The position numbers and the translations under genes were made by a program. 64,000 nt of DNA from an uncultured Aliarcobacter sp. (GTDB taxonomy: Bacteria; Campylobacterota; Campylobacteria; Campylobacterales; Arcobacteraceae): contig CAXXLV010000002.1 in the NCBI GenBank assembly GCA_963664305.2, positions 704,001 through 768,000 on the forward strand, in the 5' to 3' direction. Within the stretch, counting starts at the first letter, position 1; the number at the start of each line of letters is the position of its first letter. Shown here in pieces: positions 8,950 through 19,467 of this stretch. The notes under the pieces were generated by a model. It did no database searches and was not told the origin of the DNA. It worked only from the letters and a program-made list of their open reading frames with translations.

Positions 8950-10038
8950 TTAAAATTGCATAGACATATTCATCATAAAATTTGTCGAATCACCTTTTGT
9001 ATCTGAATAAATATAATAATCCTTATTTAAAATATTTTTAATACTTAAATCTACTTTTACATCTTCATCATTAATCTTAGTAAAGAAGATAGCTCCTAAA
9101 CTTCCAATAGCATAACTATTTAATTTATCGCTATTCAGATTATCACTATATCTACTTCCAACATAAGTAACTTTACTTATAAATTTTACATCTTTATATA
9201 AATATTCAGCTTTTAAATCCAACTCTTTTTGTGGAGAATATGTTGGAACATTTCCAATTAATTCTTGTAAATTACTATTTAAAACTTCAATATCTGAAAT
9301 TTTGGCAGTTGTTATAACTTTTAAATCTTTTGTTAAATCTTTTGTTAATGAAAATTCTAATCCTCTATATAACTCTTCTGAAGTTTGTAAATAATCTTCA
9401 CTTTCATCACTTTGCGATAAATAATGATTATCTTTTATTATTTGATAAAATGATGTATTAACTGTTGCAAAACCAAGTTCTGAAGTTACATTTAAACTAA
9501 GTTTTTTATTATTTGTATTTTTAAAACTTTGATTTACAAATTTATCATAATCTATACTATTGTTTAAATTTTCAAAACTTATGTTTGAAATGATTATTGA
9601 ATTTGGTTTAAAATATAACTTAACAGCTGATTCTTCTTTTACACTTTTCTTTTTATATGCAACTCCACCTGAAGTATCTATTGTACTTCTTATTGAATCT
9701 TTATAATTCATATTAAAATTCAACCACATATAATCATATAAATAAATGCTACTACTAAAAAGTAAATTATAAGAGTCTTCATTATAAATATCTTGGTTAT
9801 GATAATCTAAATAACTAGCATCTTCATAGCCTGCTTTACCCAATTTATATCTTAATGCATAATCAAATGTTTCTTGTTTTTTTCCCATTTTAAATTCAGC
9901 ATTTTCATCATCTAAATTTACTAATTTGAGATTATTAGTTATTAATTTACTATAAGTATTTATATAATTTATCTCTTTTGCTTGAAGATTTATAACAGTG
10001 AATGCCAATATAATAAAGTAAAAATATATTCTTAACAT
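8950..10038 (-). CDS. Short TonB-dependent receptor-like outer-membrane barrel protein
   Basis: Signal peptide; RGLEFSL, YVGSRYSD, KNILNKDY and terminal Phe, typical of TBDR C-termini; only 362 aa with no clear plug. Confidence 0.6.
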   Translation of the reverse strand: MLRIYFYFIILAFTVINLQAKEINYINTYSKLITNNLKLVNLDDENAEFKMGKKQETFDYALRYKLGKAGYEDASYLDYHNQDIYNEDSYNLLFSSSIYLYDYMWLNFNMNYKDSIRSTIDTSGGVAYKKKSVKEESAVKLYFKPNSIIISNISFENLNNSIDYDKFVNQSFKNTNNKKLSLNVTSELGFATVNTSFYQIIKDNHYLSQSDESEDYLQTSEELYRGLEFSLTKDLTKDLKVITTAKISDIEVLNSNLQELIGNVPTYSPQKELDLKAEYLYKDVKFISKVTYVGSRYSDNLNSDKLNSYAIGSLGAIFFTKINDEDVKVDLSIKNILNKDYYIYSDTKGDSTNFMMNMSMQF

Positions 10039-10203
10039 TCTTCTATTGTACTTAAATTAATATTAATACATAATTTAATTTTAAGGTTTTAAATAAATTT
10101 TGATAACTATTATTAATTTATAGTTAATGATAAAATTTTATTTAATAAACAGCAAATTTTTATGTTATGATATTACAAGAGATAGTCATAAAAAGGAGTA
10201 TTT

Positions 10204-12111
10204 ATGAAAATATTACTTATTCTATTTGTACTTATTACTTCTTTATTTTCAAATGAAAAAAGAAATCTTACTTTACAACTAAATTGGTTAAATCAATTTC
10301 AATTTGCAGGTTATTATGTAGCAAAAGAAAAAGGTTTTTACAGAGATGTTGGATTAAATGTAACAATAAACGAGCTAAAAAATAAAACTGAATTAGTTGA
10401 AATGATAAAAGAAGAAAAAGCTGATTTTGCAATTGGGCGTTCATCTTTACTTCTAAATAAAATAAATGGTTATGATATTGTGGCTTTAGGAGCAATTTTT
10501 CAACACTCACCTTTGATGTTACTTACTACAAATGAAGAGATAAAAACTATATCAGATTTTAAAAATAAAAAAATCATGATTACACCTGATGCTGAATTTA
10601 CAGCTTCAATAATGGCAATGTTAAACTCAAATGGTATTTACAAAGAAAATGTAAATTTTATTACTCACTCTTTTAATCTTGATGATTTAATAAATAAAAA
10701 AACTGATTTAATGGCTTCTTATGTTTCAAATGAACCTATAAGACTTCAAGAAAAAGGCATAAAATATAAAATCTTTCATCCAAAAGATTATGGATTTGAT
10801 TTTTATAGTGATATTTTATTTACTTCATCAAAATTTATAAAAGAAAATCCAACAACTACTAAAAACTTTTATGAAGCAAGTTTAAAAGGTTGGGAATATG
10901 CTCTAAAAAATAAAGCAGAAACTGCAGAAATAATATATGAAAAATATAATTCTCAAAATAAATCTTTAATAAATATAATTAAAGAAGCTGAAGTTTTAGA
11001 AAAATTTATCATAAATGAAAATGACAATAAAATTGGTTGTTTAGATAGAACAAAACTAGAAAAAACTTTAGATGTATTTAAGGTGCTAGGACTTACAAGA
11101 GATAAACTAGATTTAGATTCTTTTATTTATGAAAATAATCATCATAAAAAAATCGTTTATGAATTAGATTATCAACAAAGAAATCTACTAATAATGTTAA
11201 TTATTTTTATGACTATTATTTTTATTTTGATTATTTATTTTTTAAAAAGAATTCATAATAAAAAAAATTTACTTAATGCTGTTATTAATACAAGTGATGA
11301 TTTAATTTATTATAAAAATCAAAATTTAAAATATATAGGTTGTAATGATGCATTTAAAAAACTTGCTAATAAAACTGAAAATGAAATTATAGGAAAAGAT
11401 GATTTTGAGATTTTTGATAAAAAATATGCACAGGTATTTAGAGAAAATGATTTAAAAGTTCTAAAATCAAAAGAGTTAATAATCCAAGAAGAGTGGTTTG
11501 AGATTGATAATAAAATGTTACTTTTTCAATCTAAAAAAAGACCTTTGAAATGTATGGGTGCACAAATAGGAATTTTAGGAGTTAGTAGAGATATCACAAG
11601 TTTATATGAAACTCAAAAAAAACTAGAAGAACAAGCAACAATGGATGAACTTACAAAAGTTTATAATAGAAAATCTTTTAATGAAAGATTAAAAGAAAAA
11701 GTTGAATTGTTCAAAAGATATGAAAGTTATTTTTGTATTGCATTATTTGATATTGATGATTTTAAATATGTAAATGATAATTATGGACATGATGTTGGAG
11801 ATAAAGTTTTAATAGAAGTTTGTGAAATAGCTAAACAACATATAAGAAATACTGATTTACTTTTTAGAGTTGGTGGAGAAGAGTTTATTATTTTATATCC
11901 AAAAACTTTAATAGATGAAGCCTATTTATCTATTGATAAAATTAGAAATTTAATAAAATGTACAACCATAATAGAAAATCATCCTATTACAGTTAGTGTA
12001 GGTTTAACTCAAATACATAAAAATGATGATGAAGAATCTATATTTAAAAGAATTGATGATTTAATGTATCAATCTAAAAGAACAGGAAAAGATAAAATTA
12101 CGATTGATTAA
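10204..12111 (+). CDS. Diguanylate cyclase with NMT1/THI5-like periplasmic domain and PAS domain
   Basis: LQLNWLNQFQFAGYY; one TM; PAS; DIDDFK..ND.YGH..GD; GGEEF. Confidence 0.9.
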   Translation: MKILLILFVLITSLFSNEKRNLTLQLNWLNQFQFAGYYVAKEKGFYRDVGLNVTINELKNKTELVEMIKEEKADFAIGRSSLLLNKINGYDIVALGAIFQHSPLMLLTTNEEIKTISDFKNKKIMITPDAEFTASIMAMLNSNGIYKENVNFITHSFNLDDLINKKTDLMASYVSNEPIRLQEKGIKYKIFHPKDYGFDFYSDILFTSSKFIKENPTTTKNFYEASLKGWEYALKNKAETAEIIYEKYNSQNKSLINIIKEAEVLEKFIINENDNKIGCLDRTKLEKTLDVFKVLGLTRDKLDLDSFIYENNHHKKIVYELDYQQRNLLIMLIIFMTIIFILIIYFLKRIHNKKNLLNAVINTSDDLIYYKNQNLKYIGCNDAFKKLANKTENEIIGKDDFEIFDKKYAQVFRENDLKVLKSKELIIQEEWFEIDNKMLLFQSKKRPLKCMGAQIGILGVSRDITSLYETQKKLEEQATMDELTKVYNRKSFNERLKEKVELFKRYESYFCIALFDIDDFKYVNDNYGHDVGDKVLIEVCEIAKQHIRNTDLLFRVGGEEFIILYPKTLIDEAYLSIDKIRNLIKCTTIIENHPITVSVGLTQIHKNDDEESIFKRIDDLMYQSKRTGKDKITID

Positions 12112-12157
12112 CCAAACTTGGGTAAAATAATGCAAAAAAGATAAAAGGATTTTAATT

Positions 12158-12811
12158 TTGAAGAAAAAAAATCATATTAAAAAAATATCTGATTATGCAA
12201 TAGTTGGTGGTTTAGGCGCAATTTTAGTTATTGGACTTACAGGTTGTGATGACAAAGGAAGTAATAACCAAAATCAAAACCAAGGACAAAACAGTGCTTT
12301 TACAGATGCTAGCCAAAAACAAGGAGCATTTGTAATTATAGAAGAATCTGCTGATGGAAAATATAAAATTGCAGATGAGTTCCCTGCTTCAAAAACTACA
12401 ATTGTATTAAGAAAACCAGATGGAACTGAGAGAATTTTAACTCAAGAAGAAATTGATAAACTTGTACGTGAAGAAGAAGCAAAAATCGATGCTGGAACTT
12501 CTGCACTTACAAATCCAAATGCACAATTAACTGATGGTGGAATGGGTCTTGGAGGAGTATTATTATCTTCAATTGCAGGAGCTATGATTGGTTCTTGGTT
12601 AGGAAATAAACTATTTAATAATCAAAATTACCAAAACCAAAGAGCTGCTCAATATAAATCTCCTCAAACATATAGTAAATCACAAAGTTCATTTACAAAA
12701 AGTCCAACAACTTCAACAAATACAAATACATCTACTAAAAAAACAGGATTTTTTGGAAATACTTCAACAAGTAAAACAACATCTTCTGGTACATCACTAT
12801 TTGGAGGTTGA
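12158..12811 (+). CDS. UPF0323-family lipoprotein
   Basis: Lipobox LTGC; Gly-rich hydrophobic segment; Ser/Thr-rich tail; sits upstream of a Gsp-synthase gene as in epsilonproteobacteria. Confidence 0.8.
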   Translation: MKKKNHIKKISDYAIVGGLGAILVIGLTGCDDKGSNNQNQNQGQNSAFTDASQKQGAFVIIEESADGKYKIADEFPASKTTIVLRKPDGTERILTQEEIDKLVREEEAKIDAGTSALTNPNAQLTDGGMGLGGVLLSSIAGAMIGSWLGNKLFNNQNYQNQRAAQYKSPQTYSKSQSSFTKSPTTSTNTNTSTKKTGFFGNTSTSKTTSSGTSLFGG

Positions 12812-12814
12812 TTT

Positions 12815-13993
12815 ATGAAATTAGAAAAATTAACTCCACTTACTGATGAGTATTTAGAATCAATCGGATTTGTATGGCACACAGATAGTGATAATTCATC
12901 TTATGTAAGTGATGAAATTGTTGTTATTAATGAAGATGAAGCAAATGCTTATTATGAAGCAACAAATGAACTATATGATATGTTTATTGAAGCTGGGAAA
13001 TATGTAATTGAGAATAATCTATTTCATGAATTAAATATACCTTTTAATTTAGTTGAAGTTATAAAAGAATCATGGGAAAATGAAGTTCACTGGCATCTAT
13101 ATTCAAGATTTGATTTAGCTGGTGGAATAGATGGACAACCAATAAAACTGATTGAATTTAATGCAGATACACCTACTTCACTTTTTGAAACTGCAATTAT
13201 TCAATGGGCAATGTTAAAGAAAAATGGATTAGATGAAGCTAGTCAATTTAATAGTTTATATGAAGCTTTAAAAGACAATTTTAAAAGAATTATAACTTTA
13301 GATACTGATATTGAAAAATTTGAAGAGTTTTATTCTGCTCTTGGATGGAAAATTTTATTTTCTTCAATTTCAAGTTCATCAGAAGATATAAATACTACAA
13401 AACTTTTACAACATATTGCAAGTGAAGCTGGTTTTAATACAGATTTTGAATTTATTGAAAATGTTCAATTTAGTGATGATGGAATATTTAAAGATGATGA
13501 ACTTTTTGAATTTTGGTTTAAACTAATTCCTTGGGAAAATATAGGAATTGAAGAGAGCGAATTAGCCCTACTTTTAACTGAAATCATAAAAGAGAAAAAA
13601 GCAATTATTTTTAATCCAGCTTATACATTGATGTTTCAATCAAAAGGATTTATGAAAATTTTATGGGATTTATATCCAAATCATCCACTTTTACTTGAAA
13701 CTTCTTTTGAACCATTAGTTGGTAAAAAACAAGTGGAAAAAAGATGTTTTGGAAGAGAAGGTGCAAATACTAAAATCATAAATATTGATGGAACTATTGA
13801 TGAACAAACAAGCGGTGAATATGAAGGTCATAAAGCTATTTATCAAGAGTTTGTAGAGTTTCCAAAAGATGAAAAAGGGAATTTATATCAAGCTGGAGTA
13901 TTTTTTGCTTATGAAGCTTGTGGATTAGGATTTAGACGTGGTGGAAAAATTTTAAATAATATGTCTAAATTTGTAGGTCATATTATTAGATAA
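12815..13993 (+). CDS. Glutathionylspermidine synthase-family ATP-grasp protein
   Basis: RFD, EFNADTPT, KLIPWE, GREGAN. Confidence 0.92.
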   Translation: MKLEKLTPLTDEYLESIGFVWHTDSDNSSYVSDEIVVINEDEANAYYEATNELYDMFIEAGKYVIENNLFHELNIPFNLVEVIKESWENEVHWHLYSRFDLAGGIDGQPIKLIEFNADTPTSLFETAIIQWAMLKKNGLDEASQFNSLYEALKDNFKRIITLDTDIEKFEEFYSALGWKILFSSISSSSEDINTTKLLQHIASEAGFNTDFEFIENVQFSDDGIFKDDELFEFWFKLIPWENIGIEESELALLLTEIIKEKKAIIFNPAYTLMFQSKGFMKILWDLYPNHPLLLETSFEPLVGKKQVEKRCFGREGANTKIINIDGTIDEQTSGEYEGHKAIYQEFVEFPKDEKGNLYQAGVFFAYEACGLGFRRGGKILNNMSKFVGHIIR

Positions 13994-13994
13994 T

Positions 13995-14034
13995 AAAAAG
14001 ATTGGGGAAAGAATAAAAACCCCAATCTTTTTTT
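13995..14034. terminator. Probable bidirectional intrinsic terminator
   Basis: aaaaagattgggg...ccccaatcttttttt between convergent genes. Confidence 0.8.
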
Positions 14035-14043
14035 ATCATCTTA

Positions 14044-15813
14044 TTAATTCTTCATACTATTTAATTGGGCAAACAGTTCATCCAAAATATCTTCAATCTC
14101 GTTTGAATACATTAAAATTACTTTTTCATCCTTTTGTTTTATTGAAATTCCATATAATTCTAACTTTTTATCAAGTTGATAAGTTTTTTCTTTAATATTA
14201 ACTATCATAGAATGTTTATCGTATTTAGCGATAAATTGTTCAATATTTTTTCTATTTTCAACATCAATATTTATTGTTTTACTATTATTGTTTACTTGGT
14301 TCAAAATAGCTTGTTTATATTTTGCATAATCAATTTTTATATTATTTATCTCTTGAACTAAATCAAAATTAGAGATTCGTTTTTCAACACTTTTATCATA
14401 TTTATTTAAAGAAGCAGCTTTTATCATATTTAGTGCAACTTCGTTTGTTTCTATAGCTAAATCTTTTGTTTTAGTTGCCATATTTGCATTTTCTTGTGTA
14501 ATATAATCAAGTCTATTCATAGTCTCACTAATTTGTGCTAGGTTTCTCATTTGAACATCATTTGCTCTTGCCACATCATCAATTATTACTGTATTTTCTT
14601 CAATCATAGAAGCTAGTTTTTCAAAACTATTTTTCATATTTAAAGAATAATTTTTACCATCAACTGATTTTTGACTTGCAACTTCAACTAAATTTTTAAT
14701 CTGTTTTGCAGCTTCGGCACTTCGAGAAGCTAAGTTTCGCACTTCAGCAGCAACAACAGCGAATCCCTTTCCAGCTTCACCAGCAGTTGCAGCTTCAACT
14801 GCTGCATTAAGAGATAAAATATTTGTTTGAAATGCAATTTGGTCAATAATCGTAATAGCTTCAGAAATCGCATTTGTTGAATCATTTATTTCAAGCATTG
14901 ATTTTTCTGTATTTTCTACAAGTTTAATTCCTTCATTTGCATAATTCTTAGTTTCTGTTGCGATTTCAAGCATATTTCTTGCTTTTTGAGAAGTTGTTGT
15001 GATATTTACAGTGATTTCTTGAACAGCTGCACTCGTTTGCTCTAATGAGGCTGCTTGACTTATAGTTGCATTATGTAATGAATTAACCAATGATAAAAGT
15101 TGATTTGACTTTTCATCTAACACATAACCATTTTTATTTATCATCGCTAAAAATTCTGATACGTTTGTTCCAATCATATTTAAACATCTTAAAAGTGTAT
15201 TTACAATCGCTCCAATATCACTTTTATCTGCTTTTATTTCAAAATTTCCATTTGCATAACTAAGTGATGTTTGAAAAGAGTTAACAACATTTTCTCTTAA
15301 ACTATCAATCATATGATTGAAATTATCTTTTAATTCATTTATATAAACATTATTTGCTTGGCCATTTATCCGATAAACTAAGAAACCTTTTCCAATCATT
15401 TTTGAAACAAATTTTGCTTCATCAATAACAGCATTATCAATAGCTAATCCATCTTTAATTTTTTTGATATTTTCATTTAACTCTTTTGCCATATCACCAA
15501 ATTCATCTTTAGTATGTAAATCAATAATATCAAGATTTTTTTCTGTTGAAGTCAGATAATTGAAAAATCTACTAAGTCCTGATTTTATAGTAATCATTGA
15601 ATGATTAATATTATTTGAAATTAATAAAAAAAATACAACTGTAGCAACTAATATTAAACATATAAAAATTATAGAAAAAGTCAAACCTTCTTGAGTTTTA
15701 CTCTCTAATATATGATTTATATATAATCCTGAAACAAATAAAAAACCAAAAAATGGAAATATAATCATAAAAATTAGTTTACTTTTTAAACTAACATTGT
15801 CTAAAAATTTCAT
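14044..15813 (-). CDS. Methyl-accepting chemotaxis protein
   Basis: [34 protein letters not shown]; 2 TM and HAMP. Start moved to 15813 (AAGGA RBS). Confidence 0.93.
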   Translation of the reverse strand: MKFLDNVSLKSKLIFMIIFPFFGFLFVSGLYINHILESKTQEGLTFSIIFICLILVATVVFFLLISNNINHSMITIKSGLSRFFNYLTSTEKNLDIIDLHTKDEFGDMAKELNENIKKIKDGLAIDNAVIDEAKFVSKMIGKGFLVYRINGQANNVYINELKDNFNHMIDSLRENVVNSFQTSLSYANGNFEIKADKSDIGAIVNTLLRCLNMIGTNVSEFLAMINKNGYVLDEKSNQLLSLVNSLHNATISQAASLEQTSAAVQEITVNITTTSQKARNMLEIATETKNYANEGIKLVENTEKSMLEINDSTNAISEAITIIDQIAFQTNILSLNAAVEAATAGEAGKGFAVVAAEVRNLASRSAEAAKQIKNLVEVASQKSVDGKNYSLNMKNSFEKLASMIEENTVIIDDVARANDVQMRNLAQISETMNRLDYITQENANMATKTKDLAIETNEVALNMIKAASLNKYDKSVEKRISNFDLVQEINNIKIDYAKYKQAILNQVNNNSKTINIDVENRKNIEQFIAKYDKHSMIVNIKEKTYQLDKKLELYGISIKQKDEKVILMYSNEIEDILDELFAQLNSMKN

Positions 15814-15823
15814 TTTAATTCCT

Positions 15824-15870
15824 TTTAATAAATAATCAAACATAAAATATATGTTTGATTATTTATTAAA
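15824..15870. repeat. Perfect 21-bp AT-rich inverted repeat
   Basis: tttaataaataatcaaacata-aaata-tatgtttgattatttattaaa. Confidence 0.85.
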
Positions 15871-15872
15871 TT

Positions 15873-15901
15873 AAAAAGAATTAGGGCTTAAAGCCCTAAT
15901 T
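15873..15901 (-). terminator. Intrinsic terminator after the nrt operon
   Basis: aattagggctt/aagccctaatt stem followed by a T-run on the minus strand. Confidence 0.7.
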
Positions 15902-15949
15902 GACAGAATGATAGATTAAAATAAATCTCAAATAGCCTATTTTTTCTTT

Positions 15950-16747
15950 TTAATCATCATGTTTTGCAAATTTTTTATATAAAAAGTCTAAGATAGCTTC
16001 TCTACATCTAATATATTCAGGGTCACTTTGAAGAGCCACTCTATCTCTTGGTCTTGGAAGATTTACTTCTAAAATCTCTCCAATTGTTGCTTCTGGTCCA
16101 TTTGTCATCATAATTACTCTATCACTTAATAGCACTGCTTCATCAATATCATGAGTGATGATAATTACAGTATTTTGCACACTTTGTTGTATTCTCATTA
16201 AATGTTCTTGTAAATTTGCTCTTGTTAAACTATCAAGTGCTCCAAAAGGTTCATCCATTAGTAATACTTCTGGTTTTATTGAAAGTGCTCTTGCAATTCC
16301 TACTCTTTGTTTCATTCCACCACTAATTTCACCAGGAAATTTATCTTTTGCATGGTCAAGATTTACCATAGAAACAAAATGTAAAACTCTCTCTTTTAAC
16401 TCAGGAGATGTTAAATTTGGCATAACTTTTTTTACTGCCATTTCAATATTTTGATAAACTGAAAGCCAAGGTAAAAGTGAATGATTTTGAAATACCACAG
16501 CCCTTTCAGGTCCAGGTCCAGTTATCTCTTTATTATTTAAAATAATATTTCCTTTTGTTTGGGCATCAAGTCCAGCAATCATATTTAAAAGAGTTGATTT
16601 ACCACAACCACTATGTCCAATAATTGAAATAATTTCATTTTTTCTAATATTAAGATTTACATCAACTACAGCTTTGTACTCTTTTCCACCTGGAAGTGCA
16701 AATGTTTTATCTATATTACTTAGTTGTAAAAATTTGTCATTATTCAT
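15950..16747 (-). CDS. nrtD: Nitrate ABC transporter ATP-binding protein (NrtC/D family)
   Basis: GHSGCGKST, VFQNHSLLPW, ISGGMKQR, DEPFGALD, MMTNGP. Confidence 0.88.
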   Translation of the reverse strand: MNNDKFLQLSNIDKTFALPGGKEYKAVVDVNLNIRKNEIISIIGHSGCGKSTLLNMIAGLDAQTKGNIILNNKEITGPGPERAVVFQNHSLLPWLSVYQNIEMAVKKVMPNLTSPELKERVLHFVSMVNLDHAKDKFPGEISGGMKQRVGIARALSIKPEVLLMDEPFGALDSLTRANLQEHLMRIQQSVQNTVIIITHDIDEAVLLSDRVIMMTNGPEATIGEILEVNLPRPRDRVALQSDPEYIRCREAILDFLYKKFAKHDD

Positions 16748-16758
16748 CTTTTAACCTT

Positions 16759-17574
16759 TTACATTTTTTTTCTATAATCAAAATAATCAGCAATTTTTCC
16801 CATGAATAAATCAAGAATAAATCCAATTACACCAACAACAATAATTCCAATGATAATATTATGATAAGCAAGATTGTTATACTCATCCCAAATCCAGAAC
16901 CCAATACCAATACCACCTGTTAGCATTTCAGCTGCAACAATTACAAGCCAAGCAATACCTAAAGATAGTCTCATTCCTGTAAAAATATAAGGAACTGCAA
17001 CTGGTAAAATAATTTGGAAAACTTTTTCTAATGGAGAAAATCTTAAAACTTTTGCAACATTTAAATAGTCTTCACTAACACTTTTTACACCTAAAGATGT
17101 ATTAATTATAATTGGCCAAATTGAAGTAATAAAAATAGTTGACATAGCTGTATTATCAATATCTTTAAATGCAAACAATAATAATGGCAACCAAGCTAGT
17201 GGAGAAACTGGTTTAAAAATTTGAATAAATGGATCTAGTGCATATTGAATATTTTTACTCATTCCAACCATCAAACCAACAGGTACTCCAACTAAAACAG
17301 CCAATGCAAATCCACCGAATACTCTTTTTAAAGATTCTAAAACTTGCCAAAAAATTCCTTTTACATCTTGATTCTCAACATAAAAAGGGTCACTTAAAAC
17401 TCCTTTTAATGTTTCTCCATCACTTGTAGTTCCTCCAAAAGCATAAACATAAGTATCACTTGGAGTTGGAAAACCTGGAATCATTGAAGCAACAACTGAC
17501 CAAACTTGTATAATAACTACAAGTACAACAAGAGGTAAAATTACCTTTTTTAATCTATCTTTATTCAAAATCAA
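16759..17574 (-). CDS. nrtB: Nitrate ABC transporter permease
   Basis: PVSPLAWLP, WLVIVAAEML, GFWIWDEYN. Confidence 0.9.
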   Translation of the reverse strand: MILNKDRLKKVILPLVVLVVIIQVWSVVASMIPGFPTPSDTYVYAFGGTTSDGETLKGVLSDPFYVENQDVKGIFWQVLESLKRVFGGFALAVLVGVPVGLMVGMSKNIQYALDPFIQIFKPVSPLAWLPLLLFAFKDIDNTAMSTIFITSIWPIIINTSLGVKSVSEDYLNVAKVLRFSPLEKVFQIILPVAVPYIFTGMRLSLGIAWLVIVAAEMLTGGIGIGFWIWDEYNNLAYHNIIIGIIVVGVIGFILDLFMGKIADYFDYRKKM

Positions 17575-17660
17575 TCCTTTTTATAAATTTGCCCTTTTTA
17601 ATATATAAATTTTTATATACGAAAAGGGCAAAGCTCAGTTTGAGCTTTTTCCTTTTTTAA

Positions 17661-19040
17661 CTATTTTTTAGTAACAAATTTTGGATCTGCACAACCAGCT
17701 GGTCCATAAGGACAAACATATGAAGGTTGTTTTGTATCAACTTTCCAGTTATTTACTTTCATTAAATCTTCTTTTGAAACTACTGGACTTGTTACATCAA
17801 AACTATAGATATAATCAACAGCTTTGTTTGGGTCCCATACTTTTCCATCTAAGAATTTGTTATATTCATCAACACCATCTTTTTTCCATGCACTTGGTGG
17901 TAACTCATACCCTACTTCTTTTGCAACTGTTTCAAATAAATCTGGTCTATAAACTTTTTCAATTGTAGCTTTCATATCAACAGGAGATGTTAATTGTCCC
18001 CATCTATACATTTGTGTTATAAACCACATACCATGAGAATAAAATGGATATGCTGCATAATAGTTAGCAAATACGTTAAACATTGGGTTTTTAGAATCAG
18101 TTCCAGGATTATAAAGGAATGTTCCACTCATTGATTTTCTTAATACATCAACTGGAGCTTTTACATAGTTATCTTGAGCTAAAAATTTAATAGCCTCTTC
18201 TCTGTGTTCCCAAGACTCATCTAACCACATTTGAGCTTTTAAGATTGCTCTCATAACTGCTTTTGTAGTTTCAGGATTTTTTTCTATAAAATCTGCACGT
18301 GCTTGTAAAACTTTTTCTGGATTATTGTTCCAAATATCATAGTTTGTTACAAGTGCACTTCCTGCATTTTTTTCAACAATTCTTGTATTCCAAGGCTCAC
18401 CAACACAATATCCATCAATATTTCCAGCTATTAAGTTTTGTGGCATTGTTGGTGGTGGGAAAGGTTTGATTGTAGTATCTTCATCTGGTTTTATTCCACT
18501 TGCAGCCATCCAATATCTTAACTCATAATTATGAGTAGAAACTGGGTGAACCATTCCAAAATTTAAAGGTTGATATTTATTTCCTTCAACTTTATGTTTT
18601 TCATCAATATATTTTTTTAAACTTTCAGCAGTAACTGGTCTTTCTTCTTTTTTAAGACCATATTTTTCCATTTCACCAATGATTTTATTTCCAAATGTAA
18701 TTGCATTTCCATTGAAATCAAGAGATAATAAAGCTTGTAAATTTGCATTACCATTTATTCCTAATGTAGCTGCAATTGGCATACCTGCAAGTGCATGAGA
18801 AAAATCATATTCACCTGAAATTACTTTTTGTTGAATTCCAGGCCATCCACCACCCTCTTTTGCAACATCAACATCTAAACCTTCTTCTTTAAAGAAACCT
18901 TTTTCTTTTGCTATTACTATTGGAGCACAATCAGTTAAAGCAATGAAACCAATTTTCAATTTTGTTTTTTCAGGAGCAGCTATTAATGAGCTTGCAACAA
19001 CAGACAATCCTAGACCTAAAGTTAAAAATTTACCCAACAT
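17661..19040 (-). CDS. nrtA: Nitrate ABC transporter substrate-binding protein (NrtA/CmpA family)
   Basis: [33 protein letters not shown]. Confidence 0.9.
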   Translation of the reverse strand: MLGKFLTLGLGLSVVASSLIAAPEKTKLKIGFIALTDCAPIVIAKEKGFFKEEGLDVDVAKEGGGWPGIQQKVISGEYDFSHALAGMPIAATLGINGNANLQALLSLDFNGNAITFGNKIIGEMEKYGLKKEERPVTAESLKKYIDEKHKVEGNKYQPLNFGMVHPVSTHNYELRYWMAASGIKPDEDTTIKPFPPPTMPQNLIAGNIDGYCVGEPWNTRIVEKNAGSALVTNYDIWNNNPEKVLQARADFIEKNPETTKAVMRAILKAQMWLDESWEHREEAIKFLAQDNYVKAPVDVLRKSMSGTFLYNPGTDSKNPMFNVFANYYAAYPFYSHGMWFITQMYRWGQLTSPVDMKATIEKVYRPDLFETVAKEVGYELPPSAWKKDGVDEYNKFLDGKVWDPNKAVDYIYSFDVTSPVVSKEDLMKVNNWKVDTKQPSYVCPYGPAGCADPKFVTKK

Positions 19041-19105
19041 TTTTTCTCCTATGTTTTTGATTAGAAAATAGTAACATTAATTTTTTATGATTTATATAGC
19101 TTTAT

Positions 19106-19122
19106 TGTTTATTTTTTATACA
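19106..19122. promoter_or_regulatory. Palindromic box TGTTT-N7-ATACA upstream of nrtA
   Basis: 32 nt from an extended -10 (TGtTACTAT, minus strand, 19068-19073). Confidence 0.6.
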
Positions 19123-19386
19123 TTTTATACTTAATAATTCATAAATTCAATTTTTATTAATAAATTTTACTTAATTTATAATGTATATATTATATTTTTA
19201 ACTTAATTTATCATTAATTTAAAAGTAGTTAACTATATTGATTTATTTTTTGTTTTTTTATTGAGTTTATTTTTTTATTTATAAACTTAAATTATCATTA
19301 ATATATATAGATAATTACTCATTAAATAGTTTTATTCTAAAAATTTAACTTATTTTTACATTAAAATATTTATTTTAAATTGCTTT

Positions 19387-19403
19387 TGTTTAATTTTTAT
19401 ACA
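19387..19403. promoter_or_regulatory. Palindromic box TGTTT-N7-ATACA upstream of the nitrate MFS gene
   Basis: 31 nt before TATAAT at 19435. Confidence 0.65.
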
Positions 19404-19467
19404 GCATTTATCACTTTTTTTGATTTTATTAATTTATAATTTCATTAAATATAAATAGGAGACAAAA

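Noticed and set aside
9323..9347. 12-nt tandem duplication (TKDL-TKDL) in the barrel gene
   Set aside because: Two in-frame copies only; too short to suggest phase variation or an array
15814..15843. Longer ORF-track starts (MCP 15843; also EAL 24547, nirA 26741, Fe-S fusion 28314, nirD 34882)
   Set aside because: Downstream ATGs fit RBS position or gene packing better; the extensions run through hairpins, promoters or upstream genes
19041..19467. Very AT-rich 430-bp gap considered as oriC or an sRNA
   Set aside because: No DnaA-box cluster or stable structure seen; explained by divergent promoters
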